Below, one piece after another: positions 53,880 to 64,000 of a stretch of DNA of 64,000 nt; position 1 is the first letter of the stretch, and every line of letters begins with the position of its first letter. The translations under genes and the position numbers were made by a program. Source of the stretch: the human T2T-CHM13v2.0 reference genome, Homo sapiens; the NCBI RefSeq assembly GCF_009914755.1, contig NC_060934.1; one strand, 5' to 3'. Below the pieces are notes generated by a model that saw only the letters and a program-made list of their open reading frames with translations, was not told where the DNA came from and did not search any database.

Positions 53880-54300
53880 GGCCCCTACTGTCCATTCTCC
53901 CTCTTTTCCATAGTAATAAAAATTTTAGCTGGACAGCTACCCAGAATAATACATTTTCCCTGGCAGCTAGGTGAAACCATGGAACTACATGTTGGTCAAT
54001 GAGATGTAAACAGAAGTTCATGCAGCACCTTCTTAAAGAAATAGCTGGCATCACTCTTTGTCCTATTCAATCTCCTTCCTCCTTCCCATTGGCTGGAATG
54101 AAAATCTGATGGCTAGAATTAGAGCCACCATATTGGACCATGAGATGACTGGGAAATGGAGGCTACACAGTAGACTAGGTGCCAATTTCTGGGGATTTCA
54201 TGAAGAAGAGCCTACTTCCTGACTTTAAAGTAAAAGAGAAATACATTTCTACCATGTTTAAGTCAATATTGTTTGTCCAATTGTTACAGCTGAACTTTAA
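53880..54300 (+). mobile_element. Old MLT1-type MaLR LTR
   Basis: ggtcaatgagatgtaaacagaagt, gccaccatattggaccatgag and ttgttacagctgaa. Confidence 0.55.
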
Positions 54301-55295
54301 CCATTTCACATTCCCAACCATTCATCCTGGCTTGTGAACATATAGCAGAAATTCCCAAGAAAGGAGCTAACAGATGTATTGTGCATTGTTAGCACAAAAT
54401 AAAACTAATAAGAGCTGATTATTATGGAGCTCAAACTCTATCAGTAAGTAGCCTTATGTTAAGTACTGTACATATCTCCTTTAATCCTCGCAACAACCTT
54501 TGTGTATCAATAAGAAAATTTAAAACAGATTAAGTGACCTGTCCAAGATCACATAGCTAGAAAATGTGAAGCCAGAATTTGAATCCAGGTCTAGATGACT
54601 CCATAAACGAAGTTCTTTGCTAGGCGTATTCCCATCGGTAGACTCTGCACCATACAACAGGAAGATAGAAGGGGGCACATACCCTATTTTTTTTAAGTCA
54701 ACAGAAGCTCTGAATTTAAACTTGAATTCACATCCTTCTCCTGGCAAAATTCAACCAATCAGTACAAATGTGAGAATCAGCTGCGTTCTGTAAGGTATTT
54801 TTAGGGGAATAAGGTCACATGACTTACAGCCAGTTTCCTAAAACTCAACTCCCTTTTGAGACCTTTGGCATCTGTTCAGGTGTTCTATTCTTTTTGCCAT
54901 TTTAGCACTCTAAGGATTAAAAATTGACATATTTAGGGTAAAATATGGTGCTTATTATTGAATTTCTGATAAGCATATATTAAATATACATTATTTTAAG
55001 AATCATGGAATCATTTTGTGCCCTGGCTTATGAGCAGGTCACCAACAGAGATATCTTGGAGCTCTGTTACTCATTTCCAACAGTGCCACAAATAAAACTA
55101 ATAACAGCAAATAACTATTGAGCACTTACTTTAACAGACCTTATTTTAAATACTTGTGTACTTTTAAGCTTACAACCAAAAACAGTGGGTTCCCTGAGTG
55201 TGGAGCTTGTGTTGTATTGGTCACTTCTGCATCACCATTTCTTATCACCTTACCTGGCAAATAGCAAGTCTGTGATAACACCTTGTTGAATGAAT

Positions 55296-55836
55296 TGTCA
55301 GATACTCCTTAGGCCACTTCACATTCTCTCAGCCTCACCTGTCCCTTGTTCCAGCTGCTGCAGAGACCAATACTACATTAGGCTCTGAGCAACTTCACAT
55401 AGGTAAAAAGGGCATGCCTTACCTGCACTCGATGTTTCCTGTTTCTTGCTCTGGGGGTTCTCTTTTGACACAGAGGTCTGGGGCACCATGACACCTCCCC
55501 GGCACCTGTGCATGTGCAAAATGAAAGTATGGAGGAGTTAACATCTCATGGGAAAAACCTTTGACCAGTGGGAGACAGGAATCAATGAACAGATTGCTCT
55601 TTCTTCTCTCCAATGGACTATTCTGACACACAATTTATTTGGCTTCTTGGAAGACAGTTATGATGGTCCCTTGGGATCAAACAATTAGCAGTGACCAACT
55701 TGGCAACACACCATCCTATTGACTCCCTCCCTCCCTGCCTGCCACTCTTCCTTTGTCCCTTCATCCTGCTCTAATAGAAATAGCACATACATGCTTTATC
55801 TCAGGTTTTTCAATCTGGAGAGCTTAGACAAGACAA
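55296..55836 (+). mobile_element. Old ERVL LTR (LTR16-like)
   Basis: TG...AGACA ends; gggaaaaacctttgaccagtgggagacagga. Confidence 0.5.
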
Positions 55837-56703
55837 AGAAAGTGAATTTACCTTTGTATACTTTGTCTAAAAACATTATCCAGATGAATCATTAACCACT
55901 GGGCCATCTTACTTTAATTGTCAAATTCAAATCAAAAGAAATGATGGATGCCATCTTCCAGAAACACGTAACCCATGACCATGGATGCCAATGGTAGTTA
56001 TTTCTATAGGCCCTAGGAGTATGGCCCAAAGGCAGCTGGCCCCATTCTGATTCCTGCAAAAGTCTTATTTCTGCACAAGAAGCACTGCCTCTAAAGGATT
56101 CTTTGAGGGCAGGACGATGTGATATTGCTGTGTCAGGGTTCATAACAGAACACTTAAAACAATTGTTTACAGTACATGGTGTCAGAGAGATGCCTGCAGC
56201 TAATGTCTGAAAATTACACAAATCTGGACATTTATTAATTTACTAAAAAGCAGCAAATGTAAAGGGGCTGATAAAGCAAACAACTAGCAGTAATAATAAA
56301 ATAATAGTTGTCATTTTTTTTCTAACATTTATTATTTACTCTGTGCCAGGCCAGGGTTTCACTGTGTCTTCACAAAAGCCCTGTGATAATACTATTAGTT
56401 CACATTCACATTGTGTCTTCACAAAAGCCCTGTAATAATATTATTAGTTTAATTTACAGCTATCTGAAGGATTTCGAAGTTACTAACTTACCCAAGGCCT
56501 CACTGCGAGGAAATGGAAGATGGCATTCAACCTTCAGACTTCTTTTATATGGAAGAAGAATAAATTTCTCTGTTTAAGCCAGTGTTGTATTGTTGTTATA
56601 TGTAGTTTCTGTTATATGTAGTGAAAGCTGTTATGCTTACCTAATTACAAGACATTTCTAATACTCCTTTTGGTTCAAGCCCAATCAAAAAACTGGGGAA
56701 ATA

Positions 56704-57016
56704 GGCCAGGCGCAGTGGCTCACACCTGTAATCTCAGCACTTTGGGAAGCCAAGCCAGGCAGATCACTTGAGGTCAGGAGTTCAAGACCAGCCTGACCAA
56801 CATGGTGAAACCCCCATCTCTACTAAAAAATAAAAAATAAAAAAAAAAATTAACTGGCGTGGTGGTGCGTGCCTATGGTCCCAGCTGCTCCTGAGGAGGC
56901 TGAGCACAAGAATTGCTTGAATCCAGGAAGCAGAGGTTGCAGTGAGCTGAGATCGTGCCACTGCACTCCAGCCTGGGAGACAGAGAAAGATCTTGTCTCA
57001 AAAAAAAAAAAAAAAA
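56704..57016 (+). mobile_element. AluS
   Basis: Full dimer with A tail. Confidence 0.92.
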
Positions 57017-57990
57017 CTAGAAAAATCAACCCTACTGGACATTCAAAATAGTTGTAATCATAAGATACTGAGGGTGCATCAGAGAAAGGAGAATCAATTA
57101 CCATCTGATATACGGAAAGGTATATCACAGCAAAAAATAAGCCACACAAGAGTTCCAAGGCCTTTTATAGGAATAATGACTATTTTTTCCTCTAACCCTA
57201 AAACTGACACATAGGAAGTGATAAACAGGAATGTACTTATTTGCAATAAGAATTTTAGAAAATAGTTATCATATTTCACTACTTATTCACTTAACAGTCA
57301 TTTATTAAGCCCAGGGGAAATACAGAGATGAAGAGGTGAGACCTTCCTTGTAGGAGGCCAGGCCTACTAAAAGAGGCACCCAAGGAGACAGCCTACACAG
57401 TGTGCAGAGTGCTGTGGTCCAGAGAGCACGATCTAATGTTGAGGGAGGAAGGAAGACTTTCTGGAAGAGACGATACCAAGTTGATTAGATGTCCTTGGGA
57501 AAATAAATCTGGGTAGGGGGTGGCAGGGGGAGCAGAGAGAGAAGCAGGGCATGCTGGGAGAACAAAGTAGTGAGGTATGGTAGGAAATTTAGGGGGGAGA
57601 AGATATGAAGGGGCCAGGTCACTGCAGTATAGAGAAACCACATCATGAAGACCAGGCACTAAGGTGTCCAGACCACCTCAAAAGCTATGAAGAGCTGCAG
57701 AACACTTTTCAAGGGGGAGTAATGTGAGAATCATTGTCATTTAGAAAGATCCGTAAGGTGATTTTCTTCAAGTGAGCTCTCTGACCCTTCCTGCTCTAAC
57801 ACTATGAATCAAGGAACTGGTGCAATTTTAAAATAACAATAACTTGTCTGAGTCTAGACTGTTAGGAACCTGCAAGTAACTCCTGCTGTCATTTGGGAAG
57901 CTAATTTGGCTCACCACATATCCATGCCTGATACTGTTCTATTGGAACATGCCTGGTGGCCATGCCTAAGTTGGGAAGAGAGATACTACT

Positions 57991-58352
57991 TGCTACGTCT
58001 AAATGTTTGTGTGCCCTCAAAATTCAATGTTAAAACCTAATCCCAAGTGTGATGGTATTTGGAGGTGGAACCTTTGGGAAGTAAGATTAAGTCATGAAGG
58101 CAGTACCCTCATGAATGGGATTGGTGCCCTTATAAAAGGGACACCAGAGAGCCTCTATTCTGTATGCCATGTCAGGACACAGCTAGAAGGCACCATCTGT
58201 GAACGGGGAAATGAACCTCATCAGACACCAAATCTGCAGGCACTTTGACATTGGACTTCCCAGCCTCCAGAACTGTGAGAAATAAATTTCTGCTGCTTAT
58301 AAGCCTCCAGTCTATGGCATTCTGTTATAGCAGCCCAAATGAACTGCAATAG
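57991..58352 (+). mobile_element. MLT1A-like MaLR solo LTR
   Basis: aatgtttgtgtgccctcaaaattc...ggacttcccagcctccagaactgtgagaaataaatttc...ttatagcagccc. Confidence 0.85.
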
Positions 58353-59374
58353 TACTATTTGTTTCGGATACCAATTGAAGCAGAAGCCAGGAGCAAAAGA
58401 CTAGAGCTGAGAAACAGTAAAGCCTTCCCTGAGTACTCAGTCTAAATCAAGACTTAGGATTTAAGAGCACTCAGTGATAACATGATGTCAACTAACTAGA
58501 TGGCAGCAGAGGCTGAGGACCCAATGGGTGCCCATGCTCACTGCCACCAGATGGTTCTTCCAAGGAAATTCTTTTTATATTTGAATATTATCTGCAGACT
58601 CCAGGGGGCCTTCTAGGGGATAGGACCTGGGTTGGACTCCCAGTGGCTCCCGGTGTAATAAAGCAACCTTTGTACCGTTCCTTGCCCCTTTCCGCATACA
58701 TTGGCCAAAGCTGGTGGGTCCCTCCTCAGCAACCACATGCCTGTTTTCACATAGAGTAAGGTGCAAGAAGCCAGGTGCCAGGCAGGGACAAAGTCTGGCC
58801 TGCTCATAATTGCATCTCAGCACTTGGTACAGCACCAAGCACATGACAGGTACTCAAGAAATATTTGTAAAATAGATGAACAAATGTATCAGTCAATTGT
58901 GCCTTTGCATATAGAATAATAGCAAACACATATCATGTTTACCATGTGATCTACACATTTTACAAACATTTTATCCTCAAAACAACATTATATGAGAAGT
59001 ACTATTATTCTCCCCCTTTTACAGATGAGAAAAGTTAGGCAAAGATAAGTGAGTGACTTGCCTAAGGTCACACCGCTTAAAGCCTAGACTGGGTATCAAC
59101 AACAAAATTTGTCAAATGAATAAATTCTAGCATTCGTGGTTTCTTTAGGATCCCATTATTTTGTCCAATTGAGGTAGCTGTGGGTTTTTTTTTGTTTGTT
59201 TTTATGTTTGGTTTTGGGTTTTTTTTTTTTTTCCTTTCTTTCCTTACCATCTTATGGTGCTGAAGCTGTAGGTTTTAGTTGTTAACAGGGTGGCAATACT
59301 AAATTTGCACATCTTTTGGATATGATTGCATTGCACACACTGAAAAAAGGGAATGAGGCTCAGCTGAGAGAAAA

Positions 59375-59930
59375 CCTTAAAATCCTCCAATGCAGTCTCA
59401 TTACTCTTAGAATAAAACTCAAATGCCTAGACTTGGCCTGTGTGATGAGGCCTTCTATGTTGCCTCTGTCCTCATCTTGTGCCACTGTTCCCCCAGGTGC
59501 CTAAGGTCTCTGTCACACTAGCCAGCTTTCTGTTCTTCAAACAAGCCAGGCATGTTCCCCTTCATGGGCTATACCTGCTGTTTCATCTGCCAGGAATACC
59601 ACGGGCTTTCTGTTAGCTGGATATCTTCTCACCATTCAGGTCTCAGCTTAAATGTTACTCCTCAGTAAAGCCTTCCCTGAGCCCTAATCTAAAGAGTGAC
59701 TCCCCAGCTCCCGTCTCCAACTCCATCTGACCTGTCAATCTCTCCCTATCCCATTAACCTACTTTATTTTCTTCATAGTATTTATCACTAACTGAAATAA
59801 TCATTTTTGTCGGCTTGTTTGTCTCCTTATTTCTTTTCTCTTCCCACTTGAGAATTTAAGATCTGTGAGCTCAATCTGGGATGCTGGCAGCATGAAGAAG
59901 GTGTGCAGTGCATATGTATTGAATAACAGA
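59375..59930 (+). mobile_element. L2 3' fragment
   Basis: cttagaataaaactcaaa, tcaggtctcagcttaaatgttact and tttattttcttcatag. Confidence 0.7.
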
Positions 59931-60295
59931 TGATTCAACAAATTACTAAGCTTTGCCAAGCACTGGCCATCACCAAGTCAGATGAGGAGAGGAGCCTCAG
60001 ATCTCCATGCACCCCACTGGAATCTCACCGCTGGAATCATGCAGAATAAAATGCCCAGGCTTCTGGAGCTTCTGTGTCAAAACTCACTGATGACACCTGA
60101 TTGCCCCAAAGACAAGGCCCCCTTGCAAATCTGGGAGATTAAATCAGGAAAACTTTGGGAATAAGGGGGATAACTGTGAAATCAAACCAAAGAGAGGGTT
60201 TGGCACCACCATGGATGTTGGAAATCTGTGGCGCCACCTCCAAGTACCTGAAGAAAGAGTTGGTGCAGCCTCTATGACCATCAGGGAGGGCTTCC

Positions 60296-60297
<2 letters not shown>

Positions 60298-60330
<33 letters not shown>
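60298..60330. repeat. (TTG)11 microsatellite
   Basis: Read directly. Confidence 0.95.
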
Positions 60331-60331
<1 letters not shown>

Positions 60332-62069
60332 ACATTATGCAGCATAAGATTTCACATTTTCTAAAAAATCCCTCCAATTTAAAAACACAGTTTGGAAGCC
60401 ACTTCTTTAGAGAATTTCTCCTGATTATATGCAGAGTATAAATGCTAGAGGAGAATTTTTTTTTTACTTAGGTCTTTCTCAATAGTCACAGCAAAAATTT
60501 TAAATGTTGCCCTTCCCAGTTAGAAATTTGAAAACTTCAAGGCCAAATGCCCTGCCTGCTCCAGCTTGGAGGCTGAGGGAGCTGAACACATTCATCTGCC
60601 CCCTGTCCACCCACCTCTCCTCACCAGGTGGTGGGTAGACTCATTGTCTGCTCCAGGCAAAACACATTAGAAATGTAGGGCGCTCAAACGTGCTACCTTG
60701 ACGTGGGTAATTTTTTTTCCTGCAGGAAGAGAAACCAGGAATATAATTGCCCTAGAAATAACTCAATCAATGGGCATCCTACGCCCAAACCTCTCCAGGG
60801 GCCCACGCTTGCGAGGCATAAAGTAATGGCATGCTTGCCAGCAGCTAATGATGCACACCAGCCCCCCAGAAGGCTTCAGTAAAATGTCTCCTCACAGCCA
60901 CTGTAATGATTTGGAATGTTTTGCCAAAACTAAATGCCTTCCTCTCATTTGCACTTCATGCCTTTAAGCTCCCAAGGTGCCACTGCCCCTGCCACTGGGT
61001 GAAGAGTGGCAGGGATTTTGCAGGAATGCTCCCCAGTAGCACAGGCCTAGAAACACAGAGCAGCCGCCCACACACTTCTGCGTTGTGACTGCCGCCTCAC
61101 TGCTGCTAGGCAAGATAATTGGTGGTGCTGGAATGTGGCCAAGATTTGGCAGGATGCAGAGCAGGCATCTAAATTGGGGTGTTGGTGCCAGCATCAAAGC
61201 TCTGACCATGGGGTAGGAGCCAAGGTCACCACGAAGCTCAGTGTGACCTTGGAGGAGAGGACACCCCTCCCTGTCTGTGCCCTGAGTCCCACTCACTCAG
61301 CTTCCATGCCAGTTTTGTGCCACTCTTCCTACATACCAGGCTTTAGCTAGGGCAGCAGCGGGAAGCTGTTAGGTGACACATGAATCCTGTAAGGTATGCA
61401 GGTGGCGACAGCATACCACCCACAGGTTGGATGGTGACAGTCACAGCTATATATAGGGAAAGGGATTACCACAGCCCTCTGTGGATACTGCAAGTACTGA
61501 TACATGGGCCCTTTGCATTGTGCCATGGAACCTGTTAGCAATGTAAAATTTGTTCTGTGCCAATTGGACACACGATCACTTTTAATATTAGCAGGAGGGA
61601 GAACAGAATCTGACATTTAAAGAGAAAGAAAGAGTCACACCCTGGTGATCAGCTGAATGATTGAATCCAACAACTAGTGTGTCTACAGCTTTTGTCGGAG
61701 GTTCACCCTCACCACCCTGACCTTAGTCACTGAATTTTCATCCCGAAAGCCCAGCCACAGCCCTACTCCTGAGGTTGTATGCCACTGGGGGCAGGGAGGG
61801 AGCGCTCCCTTGAGTGGAAGATTTGAAGTGGAATCCCTACCACTCTCAGAAGCAGAGGCAGGCATCCCATTTCACAAGGGGGTGCCAAGATACCATCTGA
61901 CCCAGGACTCACTCACAAAGGGCCTTAAACTTAGAATTTTGAAATTATCAGCAAAAAGAACTTATAGCCATAGAGATACCCTGACAAGAGTGAAAAAAAC
62001 TGGCATTCAAGACAAAACTCAACAGCGTCAACTAGATGACACTGCTGGGAGTACATTAAAACAATAACA

Positions 62070-62320
62070 ACAATAATAACAACTAACACTTGCATAGTGC
62101 AAACTGTTGTAAGAATCTAGGTACTTCTCTAAGACTTACGTTTAACCCTCACAAAAACCCTATGAGGAGATACTACTATGCCTATTTTATAGATTGGAAA
62201 CTGAGGTACAGAAAGACCACATCATGTGCCCAAGATCACATGGCTAATAAATGCTAGGCCACAATTTGAACTCAGGCTGTCCAGCCTCCAGTGTCCCCAT
62301 GCTGAATCACTATCCTCTGA
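62070..62320 (-). mobile_element. MIR
   Basis: ttttatagattggaaactgaggtacaga...cccaagatcaca. Confidence 0.75.
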
Positions 62321-62527
62321 AGTAAGGGTTTTTAAAAATAAATCCTTGCTAATAGCACAATCACACTGCAATGTTACTCATTAAAAGCATCTACCTCTTA
62401 GCATGGAAACACTTGACATTTCATCATTTTTTAGTATCTCAGGAGTCTCTAAAAGGCTTTAGGTCAGGCTAGAAACAGCCTTTCTTCTTCCAAGGATTGC
62501 TCTTACTCTAGAGAAAAGTAACACACA

Positions 62528-62836
62528 GGCCGGGAATGGTGGCTCATGCCTGTAATTCCAGCACTTTGGGAGGTCAAGACAGAAGAATCGCTTGAGTTAA
62601 GGAGTTTGAGACCAGCCTGGGCAACATAGCAAGAAACCATCTCTACCAAAAAAAAAAAAAAAAAAAATGTAATTAGCATGGCGTAGTGGCACGCACTTGT
62701 AGTCCCAGCTACTCGGGAGACTGAGGCAGGAGGATAGCTAGAGCCCAAGAGTTTGGGGCTGCAGTGAATTATGATCATGTTACTGCACTCCAGCCTGGGC
62801 CACGGAGTGAGACTCTGTGTCAAAAAAAAAAAAACA
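62528..62836 (+). mobile_element. AluJ
   Basis: Dimer. TSD aaaagtaacacac at 62514-62526 / 62837-62849. Confidence 0.92.
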
Positions 62837-64000
62837 AAAAGTAACACACTTCTGGAAAACAATCATAGAGCCCCGTGTGTGAGCCTCCTCTATGCTGCAG
62901 AGGCACTCTTTATTTGGCCATGTCAGGTCCTCAACTCAAATCTCTCCAATTAAGGAATGAGTGAGAGCTTCTCTGTTCCCAATAACATGATGCCAAGGCT
63001 CTCTGAGGGCTCAAGCCCTATCCTAGCCCCTCCAAAAGCATGGCAGCATCGGCGCGGGAGGGAAGTGCAGGGCACCTCGGCCAAGGTGCTGAGAGGTGTT
63101 GAATTATGATCCCAAGTATGCTGGAGGAAAACACTGTGTACAATTAGTATTTGATATATGGACAGTGGGATTTAATCACTCACAACACAACTGTTAACCC
63201 TCCCCAGGAAGGCACACTAGGCACTGTAGAAACGGAACTGAATGAGGCACACAAGGGCTCCGAACGGAGGTAACAAACACAGTGACAAATCACTCCAGTA
63301 CAGTGTTGTTAGGAAAGTAGGTCATGGCATGGACAAGCGCTGCACGAGCCTGGAGGAGGGGGTTTCCCATTTTGCATAGAGAATTTGTAGAAAGCCTTTA
63401 AGGATTTGCAATCCTTGAAGAATTTGCAGTCAGCCTTTAAGGATGAGCAGGTGTTGACTCAGCTCAGCAGAGAGAGCTGGAAGAAAGACAAAGGGAGACT
63501 GCAGGAAGATGAGTGAAAGCAAGGCCCCAAACACCATCCAATCTGCAATAAGCCTTCTGCCTTTGAGCAAACTTGCCTGTTAATTAACTGACTTAATGAA
63601 CATTTACTGAGTACCTTCTATTTGACTCATCATACTTGAAACTTTGGAGGGGGGTGCGGCTACCTGGAATTCTTAACAAATGTTCTAGAAAGATAGAGCT
63701 AGGTATTTCTCAACTAACTCTTATAATGCATATTTATCTTCCAAAACTGAAGTCAGCAGGGGCCATAGGAAAAATGCAGAGTTAGGCACACTCGCACTCT
63801 ACCCACCCCTCCTTGAAGATGGGGACGGCAACAGGGTTTTAGAGCATCTCCATCTTCAAGTTTGACTCCTGCTCTGACTCCTTAGATTATGTCTGTTGGG
63901 TTGGCATCCTTTTTAGGACTGTCAGCAAAAGATCCCACTCCCAGTGGGCCTTGGGGCATGCCTGTTCCCATTAGAGCAGCTATTGATCAGAGACAGATGC

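Noticed and set aside
58493-58557. Two tandem CTCF-like motifs
   Set aside because: Each has mismatches at high-information core positions (TAACTAGATGGC, CCACCAGATGGT). Too weak without data.
60139-60441. PolyQ, polyN and polyL ORFs
   Set aside because: These are different reading frames of the (TTG)11 microsatellite, with no splice or promoter support.

Overview
Primate, almost certainly human, genomic DNA (recalled as the 10q23 PPP1R3C locus; not verified by alignment). The only intact protein-coding gene is PPP1R3C (PTG, glycogen-targeting subunit of PP1). It has two exons on the minus strand: CDS 12194-12181 joined to 10092-9153 gives 317 aa. It has a CpG-island promoter at ~12.0-12.65 kb and a polyA signal at 7682-7687. 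The rest is repeat-dense intergenic DNA: a full-length but dead L1PA6/7-like element (23.05-29.5 kb), a GAPDH processed pseudogene (45.8-47.07 kb), a near-complete Hsmar2 mariner fossil (40.2-41.6 kb), solo LTRs, about 20 Alus, and old L1/L2/CR1/MIR/MER fragments. I see no evidence of a new multi-gene system. The most unusual observations are: (i) a ~90-bp multi-template-switch scar that copies a piece of the neighbouring GAPDH pseudogene into an L1 fragment; (ii) an ORF0-homologous antisense ORF and splice donors in the L1 5'UTR that point at PPP1R3C, whose exon 2 carries its own in-frame ATG; (iii) a perfect 19-bp-arm palindrome; (iv) a head-to-head AluY pair 120 bp apart; and (v) a duplicated CCAAT box. 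Repeat subfamily names are from recalled consensus sequences, and boundaries without a TSD are approximate.
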